Source of the DNA: Planctomycetota bacterium
GTDB taxonomy: Bacteria > Planctomycetota > PLA2 > JAEUHO01
Direction: 5' to 3'
DNA: 43,273 bases
Assembly (NCBI GenBank): GCA_029259795.1
Contig: JAJDEM010000052.1
Coordinates: forward strand, 1-43,273
Positions within the stretch are counted from its first letter, which is position 1, and every line of letters begins with the position of its first letter. This document shows positions 16,746 to 26,091 of this stretch, one piece after another. The position numbers and the translations under genes were made by a program. The notes beneath the pieces were generated by a model, which searched no databases, was not told the origin of the DNA, and worked only from the letters and a program-made list of their open reading frames with translations.

Positions 16746-16842
16746 GGACCTCGGGTTCGCGCCCCTCGATCCTCGCGCTCCGCCTGCGGCAGCGCGGACT
16801 ATCCTTGCGACACCCCCGCAACACAGTGAGGCCTGAGCACCC

Positions 16843-17817
16843 GTGGTGATCGACGACGCCCACGACGACGACACGACCCGCATGACGCTTACCGAGCATC
16901 TCGATGAGCTGCGCGTGCGCCTGTGGCGGTCCGTGCTTGCCATCGTCACGGGCATGATCATCAGCTTTGTCTACTGGCGCGACCTCATGCACTTCGTGCT
17001 GGCGCCATTCAAGGAGGCGGCTGCGCTGGTCGGTGCCGAGGGCGCCATCCACGTGCCGGATCCCGCCGACGGCTTCCTGCAGGTCATCAAGCTCTGTTTC
17101 CTGACCGGGCTCGTCTTCGTTGCGCCGTTTGTCCTGTGGCAACTATGGGGGTTCATCGCCGCAGGCCTCTACGACCGCGAGAAGCGCTACGTACGGCTGT
17201 TTTTCCCAGTCTCCCTCGTGCTGTTCGTCCTCGGCCTCGTCACGGCGTACATGCTGCTCATTCCCTTCGGGATGCGCTTCCTCATCGGCTGGAACGAAGC
17301 GCTCGAGGTGAAGAGCTGGTTCAGCTTGAAGGCCTACCTGAGCATGTGCCTCACGATGGTGTTCGGCATGGGGCTCGTGTTCCAGCTGCCCCTCGTCATG
17401 CTGTTCCTGCAGGCAACGAGCATCGTGTCGCGCGCAACGTTCATCAAGGGCTGGCGTGTCGCCGTGGTGCTGAGCTTCGTCCTGGGCATGATCCTCACGG
17501 ACCCCAGCCCGATCACCCAGATCGCCATGGCGATACCGGTCGTCGGCCTCTACTTCCTTGGGATCTGGGGAGGGCAGTTCGTCGGCGAGAACGCCGCGAC
17601 CTTCCGTTGGTGGAAGGCCTGGCCGCTCGTGATTGCGCTCGCCGTCTTCAGTGCCATGCTGTTCTACGCGGATCGCATCAACGACTGGGCGGCCGATGCG
17701 TTCGGTGTGCCCCAGGCGCCGCCCGCCGACGGCGCGCCCGAGGTCCCTGGCGGTACGGGGTCACCCACAGCCACACCTCCCAAGGATGTGCCTCCCAAGG
17801 GCGAACCTCCCAAATAG
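16843..17817 (+). CDS. tatC: Twin-arginine translocase subunit TatC
   Basis: MTLTEHLDELRVRLWRSVLAIV is followed by six hydrophobic segments typical of TatC. The GTG at 16843 or the ATG at 16882 could be the start. The C-terminus has a Pro-rich tail. Confidence 0.9.
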   Translation: MVIDDAHDDDTTRMTLTEHLDELRVRLWRSVLAIVTGMIISFVYWRDLMHFVLAPFKEAAALVGAEGAIHVPDPADGFLQVIKLCFLTGLVFVAPFVLWQLWGFIAAGLYDREKRYVRLFFPVSLVLFVLGLVTAYMLLIPFGMRFLIGWNEALEVKSWFSLKAYLSMCLTMVFGMGLVFQLPLVMLFLQATSIVSRATFIKGWRVAVVLSFVLGMILTDPSPITQIAMAIPVVGLYFLGIWGGQFVGENAATFRWWKAWPLVIALAVFSAMLFYADRINDWAADAFGVPQAPPADGAPEVPGGTGSPTATPPKDVPPKGEPPK

Positions 17818-17863
17818 CGCGGGCCCCTGGGCCGACGTCGGCCGCTGGCGTACCCTCCAGGGC

Positions 17864-18940
17864 ATGCGTATCGCACTGCTCGGGATCCAGGGTGCCGGCA
17901 AGACCACCGTGTTCAACGCCATCGCGGAGAGCCCCGTCGAGGTCGTGGCTGGGATGCCCCAAACCGAGACCCATGTCCAGGTCGTGAAGATGCACGACCC
18001 ACGCCTGGAAGCCTGCCGCGACCTCTTCCAGCCGAAGAAGTACACGCCCGCCGGCTTGGAGGTCTGGGATGCGCCCGGCCTCCCGCCGGGCACGACCGAG
18101 GTCGATCGCGAGCGGCGCGCGAAGGTGTTGACGGGCCTGCGGGAGGCCGATGCCTACGTGCTTGTCCTGCGCGACTTTCGCAGTGATCAGTACCCCTACG
18201 AGCGCCCCGAACCGGACGCGCGTGCCGACCTCGCGCGCCTGGCCGACGAGATGATGACGGCGGACTTCCTCATCGCGGAGAAGCGTGCAAGCAAGCTGCG
18301 CGACAGCGTCCTCAAGAAGACCAAGACCGCTGCGGAAGACGCGCTCGAGCTTGCCGTGCTCGAGCGTTGCCTCGAGCGGTTCGAGGCGGGCCAGGGGATC
18401 GGGGATCTGGAGCTGGATCCCCAGAACGAGCGCCGTATCCGCGGCTTCCAGTTCTTCGGACGCAAGCCGATGATGGTGCTTGTCAATGGCCCCGGCGAGC
18501 CGGCCGCGGGACTGACCGACGGCCTGAGCGTGGTCATGCAGACCGTGACGGCCATGGACGCGCAGATCGATGCGGAGCTGAACGCCATGGACCCTGCCGA
18601 TCGCGGCGAGTTCATGGAAGAGTTCGGCATCGAGGCGCCTGCGGCGGACCGCTTCGTGCGCGACGTCTACGTGGCCGCCGGCCTGCGATCGTTCTTCACT
18701 GTTGGCGAGGACGAGGTGCGCGCCTGGACGATCGAAGCCGGGGACTCGGCCGTCATCGCCGCGGGCAAGATCCACACCGATCTGGCGCGCGGCTTCGTCC
18801 GCGCGGAGGTCTTTCCCCACGACGCCCTCCTGGCCGCCGGCGGCATGCGCGAGCTCAGGGCCCGGGGGGAGATCCGGCTCGAACCGAAGGACTACATCGT
18901 GCTCGACGGCGATGTCGTGCACATCCGGAGCGCGGTCTAG
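17864..18940 (+). CDS. ychF: YchF/OLA1-like P-loop NTPase with C-terminal TGS-like domain
   Basis: From ORF 17633..18940, trimmed to the ATG at 17864 (MRIALLGIQGAGKTTVFNA). The C-terminus (FFTVGEDEVRAWTIEAGDSAVIAAGKIHTDLARGFVRAEV...DGDVVHI) matches the YchF signature. The P-loop diverges from the canonical GLPNVGKST. Confidence 0.8.
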   Translation: MRIALLGIQGAGKTTVFNAIAESPVEVVAGMPQTETHVQVVKMHDPRLEACRDLFQPKKYTPAGLEVWDAPGLPPGTTEVDRERRAKVLTGLREADAYVLVLRDFRSDQYPYERPEPDARADLARLADEMMTADFLIAEKRASKLRDSVLKKTKTAAEDALELAVLERCLERFEAGQGIGDLELDPQNERRIRGFQFFGRKPMMVLVNGPGEPAAGLTDGLSVVMQTVTAMDAQIDAELNAMDPADRGEFMEEFGIEAPAADRFVRDVYVAAGLRSFFTVGEDEVRAWTIEAGDSAVIAAGKIHTDLARGFVRAEVFPHDALLAAGGMRELRARGEIRLEPKDYIVLDGDVVHIRSAV

Positions 18941-20187
18941 TGACGACCGCCGTCATCGTGTTGGTGGGGGCCGAGCTCCTTGCCGGGCGACGACGCGACA
19001 CCAACGGGGCGTGGCTGGCCGAGCGGTTCCAGAGTCTCGGCGTCGAGCTCTGTGCCATGCATACCGTCGGCGACGATCCGGCCCAGATTGCCCGCGCCGT
19101 GACGGACGGCGCGGCCTCGGCCGACGTGGTCGTGGTCAGCGGGGGGCTCGGTCCCACACAGGATGATCGGACCCGCGCCGGCCTCGCGCTGGCGGCAGGC
19201 GTCGGGCTCGCGCATGACGAGGCGGCGTGGCAGTCGGTGGTGGCGTGTCTGGCTCGGCGTGAGCGCGTGCCCGGCGCGGCCGAGCGCGTCCAGGCCGAAG
19301 TTCCCATCGGCGGGAGCTGGCTTGCCAACGACCTGGGCGTGGCGCCCGGCCTGCGCGTGCAGGTCGGCACGGCGGAGGTGTTCGCGTTCCCCGGCGTACC
19401 CCAGGAGTGGCGGGCGCTGTGCGAGGCGCATCTGCTGGGCGACGTCGCGGGGCCGCCGCCGGATGGGGGGGGCGTGATCGAGCGAGCCCTGTGGGTCATC
19501 GGCGTGCCCGAAGGTGACATCGAGACGCGGCTGGCGACGCTGCCTGCCCTCGACGCTGTGGCGGTTGCGTCCTATCCCCACCAGGGCGAGGTCGAGCTGA
19601 GGTTTCGCGCGCTGGGCGCCGGGGCTGCGGAGGCCGTGGACGCGGCCTGGGTGGCGGCGGCCGCCGAGTTGGGTTCGCACGCCTTCCAGCCGCCTCGCGG
19701 CGGGCGGATCGAGCACCTCGTGGTGGGAGCCCTTGCTGCGCGCAGTCTGCGCATCGCCACGGCGGAGTCGATTTCCGGCGGGCTGATTGCCCGCATGCTG
19801 ACGGCGGTTCCCGGGGCGAGCGCCGTGTTTCCCATGGGCTGGATCCCCTACGCAACCGAGCAGAAGACCGCGCAGCTTGGCGTCCCTGCGGCTTTGCTCG
19901 CCGAGGCCGGGGTGGTCTCCGCAAGGGTGGCGTGCGCATTGGCCGAGGCGGCGCGGGCCCATGCGGGCACCGACCTTGCGCTGGCGACGACGGGCACCGC
20001 TGGCCCGGGGCCGCTACTTCAGGAGGGCCACGAGCCTGTGCCCGCGGGCTTGGTCTTCGTGGCCTTGGCACGCGCAGGGCACCCGACCGAGAGCCTGCGC
20101 CTCAAGCTGCCGCCGGACCGCAGGCTGGCCCAGCGCCATACCGCCGTCCGCGCCCTCGACCTCGTTCGTCGGGTGCTGGCGGAGTAG
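18940..20187 (+). CDS. cinA: CinA-family protein (MoCF-type N-terminal domain plus nicotinamide-nucleotide amidase-like C-terminal domain)
   Basis: The GTG at 18940 overlaps the ychF stop (TAGTG). N-terminus: VLVGAELLAGRRRDTNGAWLAERF...VVVSGGLGPTQDDRT. C-terminus: ATAESISGGLIARMLTAVPGAS...ATTGTAGP. Confidence 0.85.
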   Translation: MTTAVIVLVGAELLAGRRRDTNGAWLAERFQSLGVELCAMHTVGDDPAQIARAVTDGAASADVVVVSGGLGPTQDDRTRAGLALAAGVGLAHDEAAWQSVVACLARRERVPGAAERVQAEVPIGGSWLANDLGVAPGLRVQVGTAEVFAFPGVPQEWRALCEAHLLGDVAGPPPDGGGVIERALWVIGVPEGDIETRLATLPALDAVAVASYPHQGEVELRFRALGAGAAEAVDAAWVAAAAELGSHAFQPPRGGRIEHLVVGALAARSLRIATAESISGGLIARMLTAVPGASAVFPMGWIPYATEQKTAQLGVPAALLAEAGVVSARVACALAEAARAHAGTDLALATTGTAGPGPLLQEGHEPVPAGLVFVALARAGHPTESLRLKLPPDRRLAQRHTAVRALDLVRRVLAE

Positions 20188-20225
20188 CGATCCGGCCGGC
20201 ACGCGGTAGGATCCGGGCTGAGCGT

Positions 20226-20301
20226 TCCCCGGTGGTGCAATTGGTAGCACGTCGGATTTTGGTTCCGGATGTTGGGGGTTCAAGTCCTCCCCGGGGAACC
20301 A
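20226..20301 (+). tRNA. tRNA-Gln (anticodon UUG), CCA encoded
   Basis: Folded by hand into a cloverleaf:
- acceptor stem TCCCCGG/CCGGGGA (U1-A72, as in bacterial tRNA-Gln)
- D stem GTGC/GCAC
- anticodon stem TCGGA/TCCGG with loop TT-TTG-GT
- 5-nt variable loop
- T stem GGGGG/CCTCC with loop TTCAAGT
- discriminator A followed by CCA. Confidence 0.9.
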
Positions 20302-20454
20302 CCTCTTCTCTCGTTCCGGCGTGCGGGCCCACCAGCCGCTCGCTGGAGGGATCTCGGCACCGACCCTTCCCCTGCGTGCGATCCTCTGGTTGAGTACCAC
20401 CCGCAGGGGGTGCGCCGACCGCTTCCCTGAGACTCCCACCCGGAGATCCCACCC

Positions 20455-20676
20455 ATGGGAAGACTGATCGCATTCCTCGTTGGCGGCGCCGCCGTCGTCT
20501 TCTTTGGCACGTACCTGCTACCGGACGGTGAGCTGCGCGCCGGCGTCCTGGAACTGTGGGAGCCGCATCTGGATGCGGCCCTGCTCGACAACCTCAAGAG
20601 CTACGGGGCCGGCCTCGTGGCAGCCGTCGGCCTGCTACTCTTCGCCACGCGGGGCGGGCACGGCGGGGAGGGGTAG
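20455..20676 (+). CDS. Small two-TM membrane protein (hypothetical)
   Basis: 73 aa with an ATG start preceded by ggaga. Two hydrophobic segments: LIAFLVGGAAVVFFGTYLL and AGLVAAVGLLLFA. GC3 is high. It ends 6 nt before the glmU start. Confidence 0.5.
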   Translation: MGRLIAFLVGGAAVVFFGTYLLPDGELRAGVLELWEPHLDAALLDNLKSYGAGLVAAVGLLLFATRGGHGGEG

Positions 20677-20682
20677 TTCATC

Positions 20683-22023
20683 GTGGGTGAGCAGAGCAGC
20701 GCAGCAAACCGGCCGCTGGCCGTCCTCGTGTTGGCCGCAGGCAAGGGCACGCGCCTGGGCGCTGTCGCCGACCTGCCGCCGAAGGCGCTGCTTGAGTGCC
20801 TTGGGCTCCCCTTGATCGAGCACGTGCGGCGCGCGATCGCGCCCTTGGAGCCGGCGCACGCCGTGCTCGTGATCGGCCATCGGGCGGACGAAGTCGAGGC
20901 GTGGCGCTCGACCGCCTGGCCCGAGGCGCTGCCCGTACCGCAGGTGCCCCAGAACGGCACCGGCCACGCGGCCCGCCTCGCGCTCGAGGCGCTGCCGGAC
21001 TTCGTGGGGGACGTCCTCGTTGTCTACGGCGACGTGCCCCAGCTTCGACCCGACGACCTGCAAGCCCTCCTGGCAGCGCACCGGGCCGCGGACGCGCTGG
21101 CGACCGTCCTCACGGGCGTCACGCCAGAGCCCGGCCTGCTGGGTCGGATCGTGCGTTCGGCGAGCGGCGCCTTCGAGCGCATCGTCGAGGCGCGAGACGC
21201 CTCGCCGACCGAGCTCGGGATCCAGGAGTTCAACACCGGCATCTACGTCTTCCAGGCGGCCGCGCTGCGTGGCGCGCTGACCAACCTCTCGGCCAGCAAC
21301 GCCCAAGGGGAGGAGTACCTGACGGATGCCGTCGGGGACGTCGCGGCGAGCGGTGGTGCGGTCGTCGGCATGGCGGCGCCGGATCCGAGCGCCCTGCTGG
21401 GTGTCAACGACTGGGCCGACGTCGCGGCGGCCGTCGCCACCCTGCGTGCGCGCATCTGCACCGAGCACATGCGCCGCGGCGTGCGGATCACGGACCCCGC
21501 CACCACCGTGATCGAAGCAGACGTCACAATCGCGGCGGGTGCCCGGATCTACCCGTTCACCCACATCGGCACGGGCTGTCGGATCGGCGCGGGTGCCCGC
21601 ATCGGCCCCTTCGCCCGCCTGCGAGGGGGGACGGTGGTCGGCGCCGGGGCGGAGCTTGGCAACTTCGTGGAGGCGAAGGCCAGCACCATTGGAGCTGGCG
21701 CCAAGGCCAAGCACCTGACCTACCTGGGCGATGCCGACGTCGGGGCCGGCGCCAATGTGGGCTGCGGGGTCGTCACCGCCAACTACGACGGCAACGCCAA
21801 GCACCGCACGACCATCGGTCCGGGCGCCTCCATCGGCTCCGGCACCGTCCTGGTTGCGCCCGTCGAGGTTGGGGAAGGGGCGCGGACGGGGGCGAACGCC
21901 GTCGTCCTTCCCGGGCAGGGGGTGCCGCCGCGTGCCACGGCGGTGGGCGTGCCCTCGCGGGTCCTTCCTTCTGACGACGATTCCGGCGAGGATGCCGCCG
22001 GGCCCGAAGGAGCAAGCGAGTGA
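20683..22023 (+). CDS. glmU: Bifunctional UDP-N-acetylglucosamine pyrophosphorylase / glucosamine-1-phosphate N-acetyltransferase
   Basis: GTG start. Motifs: LAAGKGTRLG, YGDVPQL, NTGIYVF, NAQGEEYLTD. The C-terminus has left-handed beta-helix hexapeptide repeats with ANYDGNAKHRTTIG. Confidence 0.9.
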   Translation: MGEQSSAANRPLAVLVLAAGKGTRLGAVADLPPKALLECLGLPLIEHVRRAIAPLEPAHAVLVIGHRADEVEAWRSTAWPEALPVPQVPQNGTGHAARLALEALPDFVGDVLVVYGDVPQLRPDDLQALLAAHRAADALATVLTGVTPEPGLLGRIVRSASGAFERIVEARDASPTELGIQEFNTGIYVFQAAALRGALTNLSASNAQGEEYLTDAVGDVAASGGAVVGMAAPDPSALLGVNDWADVAAAVATLRARICTEHMRRGVRITDPATTVIEADVTIAAGARIYPFTHIGTGCRIGAGARIGPFARLRGGTVVGAGAELGNFVEAKASTIGAGAKAKHLTYLGDADVGAGANVGCGVVTANYDGNAKHRTTIGPGASIGSGTVLVAPVEVGEGARTGANAVVLPGQGVPPRATAVGVPSRVLPSDDDSGEDAAGPEGASE

Positions 22024-22967
22024 GTCAACGGAATCTCGAACTGATTGCCGGCAATGCGTGCCCGGCCCTCGCGGATGACATCGCGCGCGAGCTGAACGTC
22101 ACGCGGACCGCAGCGCGCGTCGGACGCTTCCCTGACGGCGAGATCGACGTCTACATCGACTCGAACATCCGTGGTGCGGATGTCTTCCTCGTGCAGTCGA
22201 CCTGTCCGCCGGTCAACGACAACCTGATGGAGTTGTTGATCCTGATCGACGCGTCGCGCCGCGCCTCCGCTGCGCGAATCACCGCCGTGATTCCGTACTT
22301 CGGCTACGCCCGGAAGGACCGCAAGGACGAGGGACGCGTGCCGATCACGGCGAAGCTCGTCGCAAACATGCTGACGAAGGCGGGGGCGGACCGCGTCCTG
22401 ACCATCGATCTTCACGCCGCACAGATCCAGGGCTTCTTCGATGTGCCCGTGGATCACCTCTACGCGGCGCCTGTCCTCGTACGCCACTTCCTCGAGCAGC
22501 GCATTCCCGATCTCACCGTGGTCGCTCCCGATGTGGGCTCGTCCAAGATGGCCCGTGGCTACGCGGGCCGGCTGGGCGGCGAGCTGGCGATCGTGGACAA
22601 GCGCCGGATCAGTGCCGACAAGGTCGAAATCGGGGCCGTCATCGGTGAGGTCAAGGACCGCAACGTCCTGCTGATCGACGACATGATCTCGACGGCCGGC
22701 TCGATCACCGAGGCGGCTCGTACCTGCATCGCGGGGGGGGCCTTGAGCGTCCGGATCGCGGCGTCTCACGGCGTGCTGTGTGGCCCGGCCCGCGAGCGCC
22801 TGCGGGACGCACCCGTGGAGGAGATCGTCCTCACGGACACGATCCCGATCGACACGACCGGCCTGCCCAAGCTGGCCGTCCTGAGCACGGCCTCCCTGCT
22901 GGCCGAGGCGGTCATGCGGGTCCACACCGAGCAGAGCCTCTCCGTCCTCTTCAACCGCGCCCCGTAG
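22020..22967 (+). CDS. prs: Ribose-phosphate pyrophosphokinase
   Basis: The GTG start overlaps the glmU stop (GTGA). Motifs: GEIDVYIDSNIRGADVFLVQS, IPYFGYARKDRK, DLHAAQIQGFFDVPVDHL, LIDDMISTAGSI. Confidence 0.95.
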   Translation: MSQRNLELIAGNACPALADDIARELNVTRTAARVGRFPDGEIDVYIDSNIRGADVFLVQSTCPPVNDNLMELLILIDASRRASAARITAVIPYFGYARKDRKDEGRVPITAKLVANMLTKAGADRVLTIDLHAAQIQGFFDVPVDHLYAAPVLVRHFLEQRIPDLTVVAPDVGSSKMARGYAGRLGGELAIVDKRRISADKVEIGAVIGEVKDRNVLLIDDMISTAGSITEAARTCIAGGALSVRIAASHGVLCGPARERLRDAPVEEIVLTDTIPIDTTGLPKLAVLSTASLLAEAVMRVHTEQSLSVLFNRAP

Positions 22968-23129
22968 GGCCGGCCCACCGAGCGCCCACCGGCCAAGCGG
23001 CTGCCGGGTCGCCCCGCCCCGGACGGCGGCTGGCCCGACGGCGGATGGCACCTACCCTTTCTGGCCCTCGCTCCGGCCTCCCGTATCGTCTTTGGGCTGC
23101 CCCGCGAATCGCGGGAACGGGAGCCACTC

Positions 23130-23756
23130 ATGGATTTCATCACCATCGACGTCGCGAAGCGCGAAGCGCTCGGCACGGCCAACTCCAACCGCCTCCGCCG
23201 CGAAGATCACGTGCCCGCCGTCCTCTACGGCATGAAGCGCCCCAACATCGAGCTCAGCATCGCTCGCCGGGAGCTCGTCCGCTTCCTGCGCACCGGCAGT
23301 CACCTCGTCGAGCTTGCGCTTGGCGAGAAGGCGCGCCCGGCCATCCTGCGTGAGATCCAGGTCGATCACACGACCGACCGGATTCTTCATGTGGACTTCG
23401 TCCGCGTCGATGCGGATCACGAGGTCGAGACCGATGTGCCCTTGAACTGGCACGGTCGCGCCGCGGGCGAGAGCGAGGGCGGCGTCTTCACGGCCTACCG
23501 CGACTCGGTCACGGTCCGCGCCAAGCCGAAGGACCTGCCGCGCCAGTTCACGGTCGAGATCGCCGGCTTGAAGCTGGACGACGCCGTGGCGCTGGCTGAC
23601 CTCGCGCAGCACGCGAATGTCGAGTTCCTCGAGCCGCTCGATACCGTCATCGCCGTCTGCTCCGTGCCCAAGGAAGTCGTCGAAGAGGTCGACGAGGCAA
23701 CCGAAGAGGCGGCAGCAGAGGATGGCGCCGCGGCCGCAGAACCGGCTGGCGAGTAG
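23130..23756 (+). CDS. rplY: 50S ribosomal protein L25 / general stress protein Ctc (long form)
   Basis: 208 aa: RLRREDHVPAVLYG...HLVEL...LREIQVDHTTDRILHVDFVRV, with an acidic C-terminal tail. Confidence 0.9.
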   Translation: MDFITIDVAKREALGTANSNRLRREDHVPAVLYGMKRPNIELSIARRELVRFLRTGSHLVELALGEKARPAILREIQVDHTTDRILHVDFVRVDADHEVETDVPLNWHGRAAGESEGGVFTAYRDSVTVRAKPKDLPRQFTVEIAGLKLDDAVALADLAQHANVEFLEPLDTVIAVCSVPKEVVEEVDEATEEAAAEDGAAAAEPAGE

Positions 23757-24325
23757 TGACCCGGGTTCTCTTCGGGCTCGGCAACCCCGGTCGCCGATAC
23801 GCGAAGACCCGACACAACGCAGGCTGGCAGGTCCTGGACGTCCTCGCCGCACGGCAGGACGCCAGCTTTCGCCGTACGAAGATGCTGCACGGCGAGACTG
23901 CCGACCTGACCGTCGCCGGGCACCGGATCCGGCTGGTGAAGCCGGCGTCGTTCATGAATCTCGTGGGGCCGGTCTATCTCCGAGCTCTCGACATCTACGA
24001 CGTGGATGCCGAGGAGGCGCTCGTCCTCGTCGACGACTTCAGCCTGCCGCTGGGCCGACTGCGCTTTCGCGCCGAGGGCAGTGCCGGCGGCCACAACGGC
24101 CTGAAGTCCGTCGAGCAGATCCTGGGCACCCAGGCCTACCCCCGGCTCAAGTTGGGCATCGGCCCCGCGCCGGTGGGCGCACGCTGGGCGGACTGCGTGC
24201 TTCGGGGCTACGACGCCGGCCAGCGGCGCGAGCTGCCCGCGATGCTCGATCTTGCCGCCGATGCCTGCGAGGCGTGGATCGAGCACGGCCTGGATACCGC
24301 AGCCAATCGCTTCAATCAGGCCTGA
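23756..24325 (+). CDS. pth: Peptidyl-tRNA hydrolase
   Basis: The GTG overlaps the rplY stop (TAGTG). Motifs: LFGLGNPGRRYAKTRHNAGW, VKPASFMNLVG, VDDFSLPLGRLRFRAEGSAGGHNGLKS. Confidence 0.95.
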   Translation: MTRVLFGLGNPGRRYAKTRHNAGWQVLDVLAARQDASFRRTKMLHGETADLTVAGHRIRLVKPASFMNLVGPVYLRALDIYDVDAEEALVLVDDFSLPLGRLRFRAEGSAGGHNGLKSVEQILGTQAYPRLKLGIGPAPVGARWADCVLRGYDAGQRRELPAMLDLAADACEAWIEHGLDTAANRFNQA

Positions 24326-24536
24326 GCCGGGCCCCCGCGCGGGGGGCGAAGCGCTCGGTTCTGGCCCTCGGGACGGGCTTGGCGGCTTGGGGGGGGCTTG
24401 ATACCTTCGCCCGCTTCCGACCCGAAAAGCCGGCGCCTTGAGGCCGGACGGGTCACCCGGTTCCGAGGATCGTCAGCTGCGGCTGGGTCGTCGGTATGAC
24501 CTCAACTCCGAAACCTACGTAACCCCAGGACGCCGA

Positions 24537-25169
24537 ATGAGCACCCGCGACTACGAAGCGATGTTCATCCTCAATCACGCAGCCGCTACGGCTGACTTTG
24601 AGGAAACCGCTGCCATCGTGGATCAGATCCTCGAGAAGCACGGTGCGACGATCGTGCAAAAAGAGAAGTGGGACGAGCGCAAGCTCGCCTACGAGATCAA
24701 GGGCCAGCGTCGAGGTACGTACTACCTCACGTACTTCCAGGCTGACCCGAGCGCCATCGTCGCCATGAACGAGGATGTGCAGCTCAACGAGACGATCCTT
24801 CGTCATCTCGTGATCGCCCTCGACCTGCCGATCGCTGAACACATCGAGAACACTGCCAACGAGCGTGAGCTCATGGCCGAAGACAGCCGCAAGAACTCCC
24901 TCGGGGGTTGGGGCGGCGGTCGTCGTGAGCGCCGCGGGCCGTCCCGCGATGGAGACGATGACGGCGTGGGCGGTGACGGCGCTTCGGCACCGGCTCGCCC
25001 TGCGGTCGTCGCGGCGCCGGCAAAGACGCCGGCAAAGACGCCTGCAAAGACGCCCGCAGATTCTTCGGCCGAAGCGAAGCCTGCAGAGACTCCCGCGGAC
25101 GCACCGGCAGAGGCCGCCGCGCCTGCGGCTGCTGACGCCACCACCACCGACACAGCTGCGACGGAATAG
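24537..25169 (+). CDS. rpsF: 30S ribosomal protein S6 with ~100-aa low-complexity C-terminal extension
   Basis: From ORF 24438..25169, trimmed to the ATG at 24537 (MSTRDYEAMFILN...KWDERKLAYEIKGQRRGTYYLTYF). The tail contains AKTPAKTPAKTP, encoded by a 12-nt x3 repeat at 25017-25052. Confidence 0.9.
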   Translation: MSTRDYEAMFILNHAAATADFEETAAIVDQILEKHGATIVQKEKWDERKLAYEIKGQRRGTYYLTYFQADPSAIVAMNEDVQLNETILRHLVIALDLPIAEHIENTANERELMAEDSRKNSLGGWGGGRRERRGPSRDGDDDGVGGDGASAPARPAVVAAPAKTPAKTPAKTPADSSAEAKPAETPADAPAEAAAPAAADATTTDTAATE

Positions 25170-25180
25170 CAAGTACGACC

Positions 25181-25438
25181 ATGGCCAGCAACACGAAGAT
25201 CAAGAACCTCCGCAAGCTTCTCAAGAAGCGTACGGAGCGAACCAAGTGCCGCTTCACGCGAGCCCGCGTCTTTGCCATCGATTGGAAAGACATCGGCACG
25301 CTCCAGAAGATGGTCAGTCAGCAGGGCAAGATGTACGGCGCCAAGCGCACCGGCACCGTCTCCCACTTCCAGCGCAAGCTGAAGATCGCCGTGAAGCGGG
25401 CCCGCTTCATGGCTCTGCTTCCCTACGTCGGCCGCTAG
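25181..25438 (+). CDS. rpsR: 30S ribosomal protein S18
   Basis: 85 aa: CRFTRARVFAIDWKDIGTLQKMVSQQGKMYGAKRTG...QRKLKIAVKRARFMALLPY. Confidence 0.95.
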   Translation: MASNTKIKNLRKLLKKRTERTKCRFTRARVFAIDWKDIGTLQKMVSQQGKMYGAKRTGTVSHFQRKLKIAVKRARFMALLPYVGR

Positions 25439-25524
25439 TCGGCGCATTCAACTCGCGTCCCACGGTCAATGGCCCCTCGGCCAGTTGACTGCGGGCCGCA
25501 CGGACTCAATCGAAGGACTTCCAG

Positions 25525-26091
25525 ATGGCCCTCGAAATTCTCCTCCGCCGTAACATCGATGGCGTCGGCTCCGTTGGCGAAATCGTCAAGGTCAAGAACG
25601 GCTACGCGCGCAACTACCTGTTGCCGCACGGCTATGCCGCGATCGTGACTCCCGACGCCCTGCTGCGCGTAAAGCAGGACAAGGAGATCGAGGCCGGGCG
25701 TCAGGACCGCCTCGCGGCGAAGCGCGCCGGCATCGCGGCCCGCCTGAAGGACCTCACCCTCACGGTCGAGGCACGCGCCGGCCAGGATGGCCACCTGTAC
25801 GGTTCTGTTGGCATCCGCCAGGTCATCGCCGCCTTCGCGATGGCCGAGTTCCAGTTCGTCGACCGTCAGATCCGCTTCGAGGCGGTTCGCGAGCTCGGCG
25901 AGTACGAGTGCACCGTCGTCCTCGCCGAGGACACGCAGGTGCCGATCAAGGTGTGGGTCGTCCAGGACGCCGCCGAGGCGGCCGCCGACGCCGCCGACGC
26001 CGCCGATGTGGCGCGTGCGGACGCCGAGCGCCCCGCCCACGCCGGGGGCGGCGACGCCCAGGCCCCCGAGGGCGATCTCCTCGACGCGTAG
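25525..26091 (+). CDS. rplI: 50S ribosomal protein L9 (with acidic Ala/Asp-rich C-terminal tail)
   Basis: MALEILLRRNIDGVGSVGEIVKVKNGYARNYLLPHGYA. 188 aa. Confidence 0.95.
   Translation: MALEILLRRNIDGVGSVGEIVKVKNGYARNYLLPHGYAAIVTPDALLRVKQDKEIEAGRQDRLAAKRAGIAARLKDLTLTVEARAGQDGHLYGSVGIRQVIAAFAMAEFQFVDRQIRFEAVRELGEYECTVVLAEDTQVPIKVWVVQDAAEAAADAADAADVARADAERPAHAGGGDAQAPEGDLLDA

Noticed and set aside
20188-20454. tRNA-Gln as an integration site for a genomic island or prophage.
   Set aside because: There is no integrase, no visible duplicated copy of the tRNA 3' end downstream, and the flanking genes (cinA, glmU, prs) are housekeeping genes with the same composition.
24331-24346. GC hairpin (gcccccgcgcgggggg) just after pth as an intrinsic terminator.
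   Set aside because: The stem is short, the loop is 4 nt, and no U-tract follows, so the support is too weak to list as a feature. A similar weak hairpin at 11872-11888 between the SLT gene and rho was also not called.
24326-24536. rpsF (S6:S18-binding) leader RNA motif upstream of rpsF, and similar r-protein leaders upstream of rpsB and rplY.
   Set aside because: I cannot verify the required secondary structure or covariation by eye. This would need a covariance-model search.
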